From Verrucomicrobiia bacterium (GTDB lineage Bacteria; Verrucomicrobiota; Verrucomicrobiia; Limisphaerales; UBA1319), in NCBI GenBank assembly GCA_963664225.1, contig OY760937.1:1952001-2016000 (forward strand): a stretch of 64,000 nucleotides of DNA. Direction: 5' to 3'. The notes beneath the pieces are model-generated. The model had not been told where the DNA came from. It saw only the letters and a list, made by a program, of their open reading frames with translations, and made no database searches. How positions within the stretch are numbered: position 1 is the first letter of the stretch; every line of letters starts with the position of its first letter. A program made the translations under genes and the position numbers. Positions 28,668 to 39,517 of the stretch are shown here, piece by piece.

Positions 28668-30803
28668 TTAGACCACTTCCATGGGGCAATGAGGGAGGGC
28701 GTTTAGGAAGGCCTGGCCGTAGGCCTTGGCCAGGACGCGATTATCCAGAACGGCGACGATGCCCTTGTCGTCCTTGCGCCGGATGAGCCGCCCCACGCCC
28801 TGTCGGAATTTCAATATCGCCTCCGGGAGCGAATAGTCCCCAAAGGCGTTGCCTCCCCTGGCCTCGATCTGTTCGATGCGCGCCTCGATCAATGGATGAT
28901 CCGGCACCGCAAAAGGCAGGCGCGTGATGATGACGTTGGAGAGCGATTCACCGGGAACGTCCACGCCCTGCCAGAAACTGTCCGTGCCGAACAGGACGGA
29001 ATCCACGTCATCCTTGAATTTCTCGAGCATCAACGAGCGCGGCGTGCCTGTGGCCTGCACAAAACATTCAATGCCCAGTTCGTCGAATAGCGGGGCCATG
29101 CGCTCGGCCGTCCGATGCATCAGCCGCAGGCTGGTGAACAGCACGAAGGCCTTGCCGTGGGTCATTTTGACAAAGTGCCCGATCCAATAAACCAACGCGT
29201 CCTCGTATTCGGGAGCGCGGGGATCCGGCATTTTACCCGCGACAAAGAGCTTCATCTGCGTGGAATAATCGAAGGGCGATCCCACCTGCAGCATCCGCGC
29301 CTCGTCCCCACCCACGCGACGGGCCACATAGTCCAGACCGCGCGGAACGACGCGGCCCCTGCGCGCACGCGATGCGGTGGCGGGCTTGGTTTCCCCGTCC
29401 GCGGTGTTTTCAGGGCAGGTGGTGGCCAGTGTGGCGCTGGTCATGATGACCGAGGTATCCGCGCCAAATAAACGCGCCTTTAAAAACGGCGCCACGTCGA
29501 TGGGCGCGGCGTTGAGCGAAAGGTTCTGCCGGTTCTTCCCGGACCGCTCCACCCAATACACGTTCTCCGGGTCGGACTGGCTCAAAAACACCGCCACTTC
29601 CTCGCGCAACTCGGCCAGGCGGCGGTTGCACTCGGCCAGTTCCTCGCCTGTGTCCTTATCCTCGGACCCCTTGATCATCGCGCTGATTTCCTCGCGCAAT
29701 CGCTGGATCGGCAGCGTCACCGTGTCCTGTGTGAGGTCCGGCTGGCGAATCCGCAACTCGGTCCAGTCCCGTCCGGTGGTCGAGGCGCCCGTGCCCGGTT
29801 TTGCGGATCGCGCGGAAGAACGCGCGAGCGGTTCGCAGGCCTCCTCGATGCGGGAGAAAAAGTCATCGGCCTGATGCAGCAAATCCACGACCAGGGGAAC
29901 CGTCTTGCCCTTGCCCAGGCTTGAGAGCAGGCCCTTGCCCGTGTGCTCGTTCCAGAGCCGCTGGAGGGCAAAGCGCATCTGTCCGCTGGAGACGTTCACG
30001 CCGATATGACGCGAAGCGACGTTCTCGAGCGTGTGCGCCTCGTCGAAGATGACAAAGTCGTTTTTGAAGAGAATGCCTTCGCGCGCGTTTTCCTCCAAAC
30101 CGCCCAAATGCGTAAAAAACAGGGTGTGGTTGAGCACCAGCACGTCCACGGTCAGAATCCGGCTGCGCACTTTTTGGAAAAAGCAGGAGCCGTGGTCTTT
30201 GGCAAAATCCGAGGGCGCGCCGCACAGCTTGGGGGAACACAGACCGCGCTCGGAACAGACCTGCGCCCAGACCTTGGGATCCGGTTCGGCGTCGAAATCC
30301 GAGAGGCTGCCGTCCTTCGTTGTCCTGGACCACTCGTAAATCCGGTGCAGCTCCTGGACTTCCGGGGAGGTGAACAATCCATCCGCATGCTGCATCGCGC
30401 GATGGAGCCGCCGCGTGCAAAGGTAATTCTGCCGCCCCTTGAGCATGGCATATTCGAAGCGCACCGGCAGCGCATGCGCGAGAACGGGCAGATCCTTGCA
30501 AATCAGTTGCTCCTGCAAATTGATCGTGTGCGTGGAGATGATCGCCTTTTTCTTCTGCGCCACCGCATACAGAATGGCGGGAACCAGATAGGCGAAACTC
30601 TTGCCCACGCCCGTGCCCGCCTCCACGATCAAATGCTCCTTGCCCTCCAGCGCGCGCGCCACCGCCACGGCCATTTGCTGCTGCTGGGGGCGATATTCAA
30701 AATTGGGGGACTTGGATAAAACCCCTGTCGGGGAGAAAATTTCCTCCACTTGGGCAATCAAATCCGTGCCCTGCCCCGCTGTCTGGTCGAGAAAGCCGAT
30801 CAT
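28668..30803 (-). CDS. dinG: ATP-dependent DNA helicase, DinG/YoaA family
   Basis: EAGTGVGKS, LKGRQNYLC, DEAH, TSATL, FWQGVDVPG, QGVGRLIR. Confidence 0.92.
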   Translation of the reverse strand: MIGFLDQTAGQGTDLIAQVEEIFSPTGVLSKSPNFEYRPQQQQMAVAVARALEGKEHLIVEAGTGVGKSFAYLVPAILYAVAQKKKAIISTHTINLQEQLICKDLPVLAHALPVRFEYAMLKGRQNYLCTRRLHRAMQHADGLFTSPEVQELHRIYEWSRTTKDGSLSDFDAEPDPKVWAQVCSERGLCSPKLCGAPSDFAKDHGSCFFQKVRSRILTVDVLVLNHTLFFTHLGGLEENAREGILFKNDFVIFDEAHTLENVASRHIGVNVSSGQMRFALQRLWNEHTGKGLLSSLGKGKTVPLVVDLLHQADDFFSRIEEACEPLARSSARSAKPGTGASTTGRDWTELRIRQPDLTQDTVTLPIQRLREEISAMIKGSEDKDTGEELAECNRRLAELREEVAVFLSQSDPENVYWVERSGKNRQNLSLNAAPIDVAPFLKARLFGADTSVIMTSATLATTCPENTADGETKPATASRARRGRVVPRGLDYVARRVGGDEARMLQVGSPFDYSTQMKLFVAGKMPDPRAPEYEDALVYWIGHFVKMTHGKAFVLFTSLRLMHRTAERMAPLFDELGIECFVQATGTPRSLMLEKFKDDVDSVLFGTDSFWQGVDVPGESLSNVIITRLPFAVPDHPLIEARIEQIEARGGNAFGDYSLPEAILKFRQGVGRLIRRKDDKGIVAVLDNRVLAKAYGQAFLNALPHCPMEVV

Positions 30804-31112
30804 GCCTCCACAAACCGGCGCATGCCGCTCCCCAAAGGCTCATTGAAAACAAAACGGAATTCTCCGCAGGTTTCTGTTCTCAAGCGGGCTCTTAATTCAA
30901 ATATGTTTTTTGCACGGACCATCGAGCCCGGACACTATCCCAACCCGCCCCCCGCGTCCAGTGTCGCGCAAAAGGGTGTCGCAAAAGGGATAGAGGAAGA
31001 CGACGCACAATTTTCAATTCAATCAGACAGGACAATTTTCAGATCAGCCCACACGAAAATTATCCGATCAACTCACACGACAATTCCAACGAGGCGAAGT
31101 GCGCAGTGTAAG

Positions 31113-31196
31113 CAGGCTGGAAGCCTGCGATACGGCAGGTTGGAAACCTGCGCTACGAGGAAGGGGGACGATGCGGGGTTGGCAACCTGCGCTACT
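31113..31196. repeat. REP-like cluster (GCAGGTTGGAAACCTGCG)
   Basis: Three short palindromes; related to 10813-10857. Confidence 0.7.
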
Positions 31197-31221
31197 CGCC
31201 TGGCTTGACCCTGGAAATCTG

Positions 31222-32091
31222 TCACAGTTTCATGAAACCGGTGTTATCGAAATACCATCTAAAGTCGGTGTTACGGCCCACGGCGTCGAATGGCTTGCTG
31301 GCCGGATAACCCTTTGTGGTGACGGGATAAATGCTCGTCGGGCTTCGCCACTTGTGGATTTCCGCGTGGCCATCTACAAAAGCGAAACCGGTGCCGCCGT
31401 TGTGATAAGTGGCGGGAATATCCGACCATCCGGTGGCTGTGGCACTATTGACAAAAAAGCCGTCGTTAATCGTATCGGCGTGTTCGTCGATGGTGACCCA
31501 AGTCTTGGAGGGGATGCGCGGCTGGGTGGCTTTTAGAAATTGGACGTAACCTTCATTGCCCCAGCTTTTACCCTGGGCGGTGACATCGTTGCCGTTGCTG
31601 AAGCGGCCAAACAAGGAATTCATCGAAATGCTCCGGCGACGTTCCCTGAAACCGGCGGCTTTCTGTTCCGCGGAAAGGTATTTGTCGGCAAGACACTTAT
31701 AGACCCCGAGGGAGCGTCCAACATAGGGGGCCAGGACACCATTTTTGACCAGGGCCTCATTGGTCACGCTCTGACCATCGACACCAGTGGTGATCCAGTT
31801 CATGACGTTGTTGACCCAGTTACCATAACGCCGGGTATTGATCTCGTCGAGAGTCTCGGCGACACCATAGTTATTCGCGACGCGCTCGTTGAAATCGAGG
31901 GTGTAGAGATGCCAGCCGGTCATGAGCTGGCGCAAATTATTGATGCAACCTATGGACAGGGTCTTGCTCTTGGCTTTACTGAGCGCGGGCAAAAGCATTC
32001 CCGCCAGAATGGCGATGATGGCAATGACGACGAGGAGTTCAATGAGGGTGAATCCACTGGAACACAGTTTTTTTGAATTTCGAGTATGCAT
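31222..32091 (-). CDS. Prepilin-type N-methylation domain protein with H-X9-DG motif (DUF1559-like)
   Basis: [46 protein letters not shown]. Confidence 0.93.
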   Translation of the reverse strand: MHTRNSKKLCSSGFTLIELLVVIAIIAILAGMLLPALSKAKSKTLSIGCINNLRQLMTGWHLYTLDFNERVANNYGVAETLDEINTRRYGNWVNNVMNWITTGVDGQSVTNEALVKNGVLAPYVGRSLGVYKCLADKYLSAEQKAAGFRERRRSISMNSLFGRFSNGNDVTAQGKSWGNEGYVQFLKATQPRIPSKTWVTIDEHADTINDGFFVNSATATGWSDIPATYHNGGTGFAFVDGHAEIHKWRSPTSIYPVTTKGYPASKPFDAVGRNTDFRWYFDNTGFMKL

Positions 32092-32347
32092 GGCTACGTA
32101 TTTCATCCAGTCCGGGCGGCGATCCATCCAGGCCAGAGCGCCACACAAGTGTAAAAATGGCTTATGGTGCGTATCTACGGCCTTTTTCAGGCTGGGTGCA
32201 AGCCGCATTTTGTAATTTCTCCCAGGCAATCCGGCGCCGGGGAAACCCCCGCCTTTGCGGTTGCATGCGATTGATGAGCAGGATGGCGGGCAAAAAACGT
32301 TCTCGCAAAAACCAAGGGTTAATCTCAATACTATTTGTTCTGAAATT

Positions 32348-32932
32348 ATGGAAAAGACACTGAAAGCGATAGCCATCAATGGAAGTCCGCGCAAGGGCGG
32401 CAATACGGAGATCCTTTTACGGAAGGTGCTCGAGCCATTGGCCGAGGCCAAATGGGAGACGGAACTTTTGCAGGTGGGCGGGAAGCCGCTCCGGGGATGC
32501 CTGGCCTGCTACCAGTGTTTCAAGACCAAGGATTCACACTGCAGCCAAAAGGACGAGGTGTTCGACGAGGTCATGGAAAAAATGATCGCGGCGGACGCCA
32601 TCATCCTCGGTTCGCCCACCTATTTCGCCGATGTATCCGCGGAGATGAAGGCGTTGATCGACCGGGCCGGATTCGTGGCGGGGGCCAACGGCCGGTTGTT
32701 TCGCAGGAAAATCGGGGCCTCCGTGGTGGCGGCCCGGCGCGGCGGCTGCACGCACGCCTTCGATACGATGAATCACCTGTGGCTCATCGCCGGGGCCATT
32801 ATTCCGGGCTCCACCTATTGGAACTTCGGATTTGGTCGTGAGAAAGGCGAGGTCAATAACGACGAGGAAGCCTTGCGGAACATGACCGACCTGGGCGAAA
32901 CCATTGCCTGGCTGGGCAAATCCATCCGGTAG
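32348..32932 (+). CDS. Flavodoxin-family / iron-sulfur flavoprotein (NADPH-dependent FMN reductase fold)
   Basis: [18 protein letters not shown]...C, GSPTYF. Confidence 0.9.
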   Translation: MEKTLKAIAINGSPRKGGNTEILLRKVLEPLAEAKWETELLQVGGKPLRGCLACYQCFKTKDSHCSQKDEVFDEVMEKMIAADAIILGSPTYFADVSAEMKALIDRAGFVAGANGRLFRRKIGASVVAARRGGCTHAFDTMNHLWLIAGAIIPGSTYWNFGFGREKGEVNNDEEALRNMTDLGETIAWLGKSIR

Positions 32933-33027
32933 ATTGGTGGAGGCGATGTGGCACGGCATGCGCATCGCCGCATTCGAACGCGCGTGGCGGAGCCAGACTC
33001 CGCCAGCGGCCTCAACACGTTAGCGCC

Positions 33028-34662
33028 TCAAAGCAATCCGCCGCTTCGGAACAGGTAAGCGGGTGTGCAACTCCAGGCGTGGCAATAGCTGTTGATCAGG
33101 GGATCGCCATAGGGCGAGAGCATCGGATTCGCCGGATCGTAAACTTCCCAGAAGGTGTCCGCCCCCGCCTGAACCATGCTGCCCCAGTAGCCTTGCACCA
33201 GTTCGAGCGCCTCGGCCTTCAATCCGCACTTGATGGCTGCCTCCACAAAGTAGTGATACAAATACGGTCCGCCGGGGCGCACGGCATCGGGAAGGTTGCG
33301 CACCGCGCGCACGGCAGCCGCGCCTTCGGACGGAGTGGCGATTTCCGAGAGAATCATCCAGGCCTGCGTGGCCCAGGAAACCTGCTTTTGCGGACCGCTC
33401 ACAAATACCTTTTGTACGGGATCCAAAAAGGCTGAACGGGCGGTGGTTGTCAGTGCCTCAATCCGTTTGGAGTATTCGGCCGCCACCGCATCGGCCCCCA
33501 CTTCGCGGGCCAGCTCAACCGCTTTTCGCAGTGAAAACACAAAAATGGCGTGCATGGCCGCTGTGCGGTCGAGGCCGTCCTTCCAATCGACAAACACCCA
33601 GGATCCTTTCGGCGCCTCGAATACTCCATCCTTCCCGACATATTGAGTGAGGATTTCGATCTGCCTGCGCGCCACCGGCCACAGCTCCCGCGCGGTCCGC
33701 CAATCCTTCGTGGCGCGCGCATAATCGAGCAACAGCACCACATAGAGCGCCGCGTAATCGATGATGTATATATGCCCGCTCTGGGCACTGGGGCGCTCAT
33801 AAATGCAGGATGGCATAAAGCCGTCCTCACGGGGCAGACCGGCGAAAAGATAGAGACAGCGCTTCACCAGATCGTCGTTCTGGAACGTGTCGTAGTTGGC
33901 CAGGGCCTGCAGACGCACATCCCCGATCCAAAGGCGACGGTCGCGCTTCGGACCGTCCTCAAACACCGTCTGCATGCAGTTGCGCAGCGTGTTGAGACTC
34001 ACCTCATCGATCCGACGCAGGGATTCGGGAGTCCCCTGTGGGAGGGGTCGCTGGTTTTTAGCCGCAGAAGATATTGCGGTCGCACGGATGTCATTAATAC
34101 GCACGGTATAACTCGAAGAAATTGCCGCGATTTCGATTTTTACATAGCGGAACGAATATCGGCGCGGCAATTGGATGGTAGCCGGCACTACGTCGATGTT
34201 GATCACCTCGTCCTGCAACCAGGATCGGCTCAGGCCGCCTTTGTAATGATCGAAGGATTCCGCAACTTCGGCGGGCACTTCGCCAAATGTGAACTTGATT
34301 CGCACAGGAGAGTCCACGGTGCCCGCCGCTCCGAGGACGCTGAAAACGAGATGTCCTGTCAGATACTCGCCAAAATCCAGGATGACCGTATCGCCATTGC
34401 GCATAACGCGTTCGCGGAGCGCCGATGCGGGCGAAACCGTGTCCATGCGCCAGCGCAGGAACCGGGCGCTGTCCGCGATGGGGTTGACGATGCTTCGCGG
34501 CATAACCGGCGTCTCGTGGAGTTTGGGTTTGAGTTTGTCGGCAAGCTTGAGCCACCGATTTAGCTGCGCTTCCTTCGTATCCTCGGGTCTCCCCGCACCC
34601 CATGTGAAAGTGGGGGCCAGGGCTGCGATTGAGGCCGTCTGCAAAAAGTGTCGCCGGTTCAT
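33028..34662 (-). CDS. Alpha-L-rhamnosidase-like protein (GH78), Tat signal
   Basis: MNRRHFL; LDFG; EDGPKRDRRLWIGD; TFWE; SYCHAWS. Confidence 0.88.
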   Translation of the reverse strand: MNRRHFLQTASIAALAPTFTWGAGRPEDTKEAQLNRWLKLADKLKPKLHETPVMPRSIVNPIADSARFLRWRMDTVSPASALRERVMRNGDTVILDFGEYLTGHLVFSVLGAAGTVDSPVRIKFTFGEVPAEVAESFDHYKGGLSRSWLQDEVINIDVVPATIQLPRRYSFRYVKIEIAAISSSYTVRINDIRATAISSAAKNQRPLPQGTPESLRRIDEVSLNTLRNCMQTVFEDGPKRDRRLWIGDVRLQALANYDTFQNDDLVKRCLYLFAGLPREDGFMPSCIYERPSAQSGHIYIIDYAALYVVLLLDYARATKDWRTARELWPVARRQIEILTQYVGKDGVFEAPKGSWVFVDWKDGLDRTAAMHAIFVFSLRKAVELAREVGADAVAAEYSKRIEALTTTARSAFLDPVQKVFVSGPQKQVSWATQAWMILSEIATPSEGAAAVRAVRNLPDAVRPGGPYLYHYFVEAAIKCGLKAEALELVQGYWGSMVQAGADTFWEVYDPANPMLSPYGDPLINSYCHAWSCTPAYLFRSGGLL

Positions 34663-34733
34663 GTCGCCAAGACTAAAAGACAGCGTGAATCAAGGCAATG
34701 GAGTTCTTGCGAATCCATTTGAAAAGGGTTGCG

Positions 34734-34798
34734 TGCTGTTCCGGTTGCAAATCCGTGGCGGGCGATTACGATGCCGACATGAACTCCCTGATTGCAGC
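34734..34798 (+). promoter_or_regulatory. 65-bp promoter plus start-codon repeat, copy 1
   Basis: TTGCAA-N16-TACGAT-N6-ATGAACTCCCTGATTGCAGC; matches 36498-36562. Confidence 0.75.
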
Positions 34799-34832
34799 CC
34801 CGCGAATAACCCTGGCTGCGCTCTCACCATGA
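34779..34832 (+). CDS. Putative 17-aa leader peptide
   Basis: MNSLIAAPRITLAALSP*; its TGA overlaps the ATG at 34829 (ATGA). Confidence 0.5.
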   Translation: MNSLIAAPRITLAALSP

Positions 34833-36460
34833 AAAACCTAATTGCAACCATGCTCCTGCTTGGCGGTCTGCAACTCACCGCGGCTGAAGCCTCGAAGCCG
34901 AGCCTCGTCTCGGAGGGATTGTCGGGCTACATCAGCATGGATGTGCCGGCGCCCCCGGAGGAATACGGTTACGGGGTGAGCCTCTACGCGACCGCCTGGC
35001 CCCTATTGGAACGTCCACTAGGAGATTTTCAGATTGGCCTGGCCTCGATCTGGATCGTGCCCGAGAATCGGAAGATCAACTATTCCCTGCTGCCCACAGG
35101 AACGGTGGCTCGCGACAATTGGCCAGAGCGCGGGCCCAGTTATCGGGATGTTTTTCAAACGATCGAGGGGGGACTTGGCTTCTGGGGTAGCACTCATTTT
35201 GGATCGGTTACAGCCAAGTTTCGGATGAATGGCACCGCCAACGGCTACAATCATGAAATCGCCTCACCGGGCTGGGGCTTTGGCAACACCACTGCGCTCA
35301 AACCTGACGAAATGGGCATCGCGCAACTAAGCTCACGGCTTCTGGTCGCGCCTGACGGACTCACCTTCGCGGACGGAACCTGCGGTGAACTGTTTGGCTA
35401 TGCCTGGATGGTGCTTCCGTTGACTCAAGCCAAAACGACCACAGCGGGACTGCCTGTTACCACAGGCAACCAATCCTGGACGCTTTTCATTAATGCGAAG
35501 AATTTCAGGGGACCGGTCGCCTTTTTTACACCGGCCACCTGGAGTCGCATTTCCCGGAGGCATCCGCCGGCCTTGGGACGGGGACTGGACGCCCGGCCCG
35601 GCCTGGTCACCGGCGGCGCCATCGAAGTCAATACGGTGCCCCGCTTCATCGCCACCGATGCCAGAGGCACCCATTACAGCCGCATCCCGCGTCTGCAATT
35701 CCCCGCCGATGAACAAGGTCGCACCATCCTGATACATAACCTGACGCATTATTCCAAAGACGCACTCTATCGTCAGGTGGAGATCTGGATGGCTGGGGGT
35801 GATGCAGCCTCCGGAAAGTTCGAGGGAAAGGCGTCTATCACTCCAGCCTGCAAAGCTGGGAGGCTATCCTTGCGACAGGGAAAACTGCCAATCCTCGGAC
35901 TTGAGAATTGGGTGGAAACACAGGCCTTTGATCAGGCCACTTTCGGACTGCAATGGAAGCGGTCCGTGCTGGAGCCATGGACCGGTTCAATGCGGCGCGG
36001 CGGTTTTCCAGATTTTGCCCGCCAGGAAGGCAATGAATTGCGGGCCATCACCTCCGCTGGAGTCCCCGAGGAAACCGGCTTGAAGGAGGCGCGTTTCCAG
36101 CCGGCCGTCACAAACCAGTCTTACACCTCGCCTGACAAGGGCGACAACGTGTGGTACAGACCCGGTCCCAAAGCGGGACCTTTTCAGGTGAAACTGGGGG
36201 ATGGCAGTGTGGTCACCTACTGGTGGTATCGGTTCATCGATCAGCCCGCGCTGCAGGACGCGGACCTAAGCCAGGCGGAGAAGGAGCGGCTGCAAACCCT
36301 GGTTGAAAAGATTCACGCCCAATGGACGCCGGACAAGGAATACCTGCCGCCGCCCGCGATGGGAACGCTGGCGACACTCGATGCCTCACTCATAGTCATG
36401 CCACCAAAGGGGCTCGAAGCGGGTTACGTTCCGATTGTGACACGCCAATCACCGCAATAG
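34829..36460 (+). CDS. Hypothetical secreted protein
   Basis: 543 aa from MKNLIATMLLLGGLQLTAAEA (signal peptide); no recognised family. Confidence 0.82.
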   Translation: MKNLIATMLLLGGLQLTAAEASKPSLVSEGLSGYISMDVPAPPEEYGYGVSLYATAWPLLERPLGDFQIGLASIWIVPENRKINYSLLPTGTVARDNWPERGPSYRDVFQTIEGGLGFWGSTHFGSVTAKFRMNGTANGYNHEIASPGWGFGNTTALKPDEMGIAQLSSRLLVAPDGLTFADGTCGELFGYAWMVLPLTQAKTTTAGLPVTTGNQSWTLFINAKNFRGPVAFFTPATWSRISRRHPPALGRGLDARPGLVTGGAIEVNTVPRFIATDARGTHYSRIPRLQFPADEQGRTILIHNLTHYSKDALYRQVEIWMAGGDAASGKFEGKASITPACKAGRLSLRQGKLPILGLENWVETQAFDQATFGLQWKRSVLEPWTGSMRRGGFPDFARQEGNELRAITSAGVPEETGLKEARFQPAVTNQSYTSPDKGDNVWYRPGPKAGPFQVKLGDGSVVTYWWYRFIDQPALQDADLSQAEKERLQTLVEKIHAQWTPDKEYLPPPAMGTLATLDASLIVMPPKGLEAGYVPIVTRQSPQ

Positions 36461-36497
36461 CGCACCGGCAGTAGTCCCTTGCGAACGATGATTCCCC

Positions 36498-36562
36498 TGC
36501 TGTTCCGGTTGCAAATCCATTGCGGGCGATTACGATGCGGGCATGAACTCCCTGATTGCAGC
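36498..36562 (+). promoter_or_regulatory. 65-bp promoter plus start-codon repeat, copy 2 (native start of 36543)
   Basis: TTGCAA 36509-36514, TACGAT 36531-36536, ATG 36543. Confidence 0.75.
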
Positions 36563-37358
36563 GATCCGAAATTCCTCAGCCTCACGCCGACTCTGGCTGG
36601 TTCGCGCGTCGGCCATTGTCCTGGCCCTGGGACTGGTGCAAAGGGTCTGCGTATCCGCAGCAGATACTCCTGCGGACCCAAAATCCCCTGCCTTGCCGCG
36701 TGTTGTGGTTCCGAAACTGCATGGCGCCATTAAAGTGGATGGCACTTTGCGCGAGGCCGTGTGGTCCAAGGCCGCGGTGATTCAACCTCTTTATCGCAAT
36801 GACGGCTCCGGACGCGAACGGGAACACACCGAAGTGCGGGTTTGGTATGATGACGCGGCGATTTACCTGGGATGGACCTGCCAGGATTCGGACATCCACG
36901 GTACCTTCACCAAGCGCGACAGTAAATTGTGGGAGGAAGAGGAAGTGGTGGAATTCTTTGTCGCCCCGAAAACCCTGACCCGCTATTTCGAGCTACAGTG
37001 GAATCCAGTCGGCGGCATTTTCGACGCCATCATCGAAAACGAACTGGACGAGCGCGGAATGTCGAAAGCCTTTGAGGGCGACTGGACTTTTACCGCCAAG
37101 GGGATGACGAGCGCGGTAAAGGTGAAGGGAACCGTGCAAAAACCGGGCGACCGCGACAGCCTGTGGACGGTTGAAATACGGCTGCCTTTTGCCGATCTGG
37201 GTCTGACCACCCCAAAGGCCGGAGAGGTGTGGCGCGCCAATTTTCACCGATACAACCGCAGCGAAGGCAAGCCCACGGAACTACTGAGCTGGTCGCCAAC
37301 GCTCAATCCGAGTTTTCATCAGCCCAGCCGTTTCGGCACACTGGAATTTGGGAAATGA
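36543..37358 (+). CDS. Carbohydrate-binding family 9-like domain protein
   Basis: IKVDGTLREAVW, YFELQWNP, WTVEIRLPF, WRANFHR, SFHQPSRFG. Confidence 0.85.
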   Translation: MNSLIAAIRNSSASRRLWLVRASAIVLALGLVQRVCVSAADTPADPKSPALPRVVVPKLHGAIKVDGTLREAVWSKAAVIQPLYRNDGSGREREHTEVRVWYDDAAIYLGWTCQDSDIHGTFTKRDSKLWEEEEVVEFFVAPKTLTRYFELQWNPVGGIFDAIIENELDERGMSKAFEGDWTFTAKGMTSAVKVKGTVQKPGDRDSLWTVEIRLPFADLGLTTPKAGEVWRANFHRYNRSEGKPTELLSWSPTLNPSFHQPSRFGTLEFGK

Positions 37359-37447
37359 AGTGGGGCGGGTGCATGACAAAATTCAGGAGTGTGGAAAGCA
37401 GCCATGGCAGTACGCTGATTTTAAATAGGTTTTGCGGCAATGGCAGA

Positions 37448-38469
37448 ACCAGCATGCGGGGATCGCGGTGCATTTGAAAACGTTGGGTTCGAGAACACGC
37501 TAAGCCGGTCAGGAGACCGGCGCTCCGAAGACACCGGCATGCGGGGATCGCGGTGCATTTGAAAACGTTGGATTCAAGAACACGCTAAGCCGGTCAGGAG
37601 ACCGGCGCTCCGAAGACACCGGCGTGCGGGAATCGCGGTGCATTTGAAAACGTTGGGTTCGAGAACACGCTAAGCCGGTCAGGAGACCGGCGCTCCGAAG
37701 ACACCGGCGTGCGGGAATCGCGGGGCATTTGAAAACGTTGGGTTCGAGAACACGCTAAGCCGGTCAGGAGACCGGCGCTCCGAAGACACCGGCATGCGGG
37801 GATCACGGTGTGTTTGAAAACGTTGGATTCGAGAACACGCTAAGCCGGTCAGGAGACCGGCGCTCCGAAGACACCGGCGTGCGGGAATCGCGGGGCATTT
37901 GAAAACGTTGGGTTCGAGAACACGCTAAGCCGGTCAGGAGACCGGCGCTCCGAAGACACGGGCGTGCGGGAATCGCGGGGCATTTGAAAACGTTGGGTTC
38001 GAGAACACGCTAAGCCGGTCAGGAGACCGGCGCTCCGAGGACACGGGCGTGCGGGAATCGCGGGGCATTTGAAAACGTTGGGTTCGAGAACACGCTAAGC
38101 CGGTCAGGAGACCGGCGCTCCGAAGACACCGGCGTGCGGGAATCGCGGTGCATTTGAAAACGTTGGGTTCGAGAACACGCTAAGCCGGTCAGGAGACCGG
38201 CGCTCCGAAGACACCGGCATGCGAGGATCACGGTGTGTTTGAAAACGTTGGGTTCGAGAACACGCTAAGCCGGTCAGGAGACCGGCGCTCCGAAGACATC
38301 GGCGTGCGGGAATCGCGGTGCATTTGAAAACGTTGGGTTCGAGAACACCCTAAGCCGGTCAGGAGACCGGCGCTCCGAAGACACCGGCCTGCGGGGATCA
38401 CGGTGTGTTTGAAAACGTTGGGTTCGAGAACACGCTAAGCCGGTCATGAGACCGGCGCTCCGAAGACAC
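37448..38469. repeat. Tandem array, 85-bp unit x12
   Basis: TAAGCCGGTCAGGAGACCGGCGCTCC every 85 bp from 37501 to 38436. Confidence 0.97.
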
Positions 38470-38577
38470 AAGTCACCCTATATACTCCACTGGCATTTCT
38501 GGCCTTTTTCTGCGTGCAGTAGAATTTTGTCCTGCACCAAAGTGGTGGCCGTCTGTATGGATAGATAGGAATTGGGG

Positions 38578-39393
38578 TTATTTGGATTTGGGATTGGGAG
38601 TGTCGTCGGAAGGCACACGTCCCGCAACGGCCTTGATGCCGCCGAGGATGTGCCGGAGAAAATCCGGTTCGCTGAAGCTGGATTCGGTATGGCCCATGGC
38701 GGTGTACCACATCCGGCCTTTGCCGATGCGGCGGCACCAGGCGATCGGGTGATCGGCGCCCATCCGGCCCCCCTCGTAGGTGGATTCATCGACTGTGGCG
38801 AGCACCCGGGCGCGACCGCGCGGCGTGCCGGTAAAGTTATACCATTCCTCCGTGCGCTTCCAGTGAGTGGGAAGGCCCATCGTCGAGGGATGTTTGGAAT
38901 CCTCGATGAGTATCGTCCCGGGCACGACGGCCGAGTGATTGGTGAACGCGCAGCAAAACACCTCGCCGTACCAATCCCATTTGTCTTCGCAGGCAAGGGG
39001 TCCAAAGACCGCCCCGTGAATCGCGGCGAACCCGCCTCCATTGACAACGTATTGCTTGAACTCCGCCTCCTGGACTTGATTGAGCACGTCGCCGGTCGCG
39101 CTCAGGAAGACAACGGCCCGGTAGCGCGCGAGGTTGGTCGAAGTGAACGCACTGGAATCCTCGGTGGCGTCCACGGCAAAGTCATTCGTGGTTCCAAGGG
39201 ATCGGATGGCCTCGATGCCGTTGGTGATGGAGGCGTGCCGGTAACCGAGCGTTTTGGAGAAGACCAACACACGATATTCTTCCGCGCGCAAACTGGAGGG
39301 CATGAGCAGCAATAGCGCGGTCAGGACGCAGAGAATCGCGAGCGTGGGAAGAACGGCTGCTCCTTGTGAATTCAATCTCGGTGATGTTTGCAT
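38578..39393 (-). CDS. ThuA-like domain protein
   Basis: RVLVFSKTLGYRHASI, EEWYNF, DHPIAW, YTAMGH. Confidence 0.9.
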   Translation of the reverse strand: MQTSPRLNSQGAAVLPTLAILCVLTALLLLMPSSLRAEEYRVLVFSKTLGYRHASITNGIEAIRSLGTTNDFAVDATEDSSAFTSTNLARYRAVVFLSATGDVLNQVQEAEFKQYVVNGGGFAAIHGAVFGPLACEDKWDWYGEVFCCAFTNHSAVVPGTILIEDSKHPSTMGLPTHWKRTEEWYNFTGTPRGRARVLATVDESTYEGGRMGADHPIAWCRRIGKGRMWYTAMGHTESSFSEPDFLRHILGGIKAVAGRVPSDDTPNPKSK

Positions 39394-39517
39394 GGTTGTG
39401 ACAAGGGTTAGGCCATACACAAGGATGGTGTCAATTCAGAACAAGAATAAAGCGGGTAAGTGGGTTTTGGAAACGATAGCAAGCGTGGCGCTCAAGGAAG
39501 CAGGACGTTAACCCTGC

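Noticed and set aside
31222..32451. Extended N-termini given in the ORF track (31222-32451, 32255, 34289, 50754, 19360, 27349)
   Set aside because: They overlap neighbouring genes or precede obvious signal peptides; downstream ATGs were chosen.
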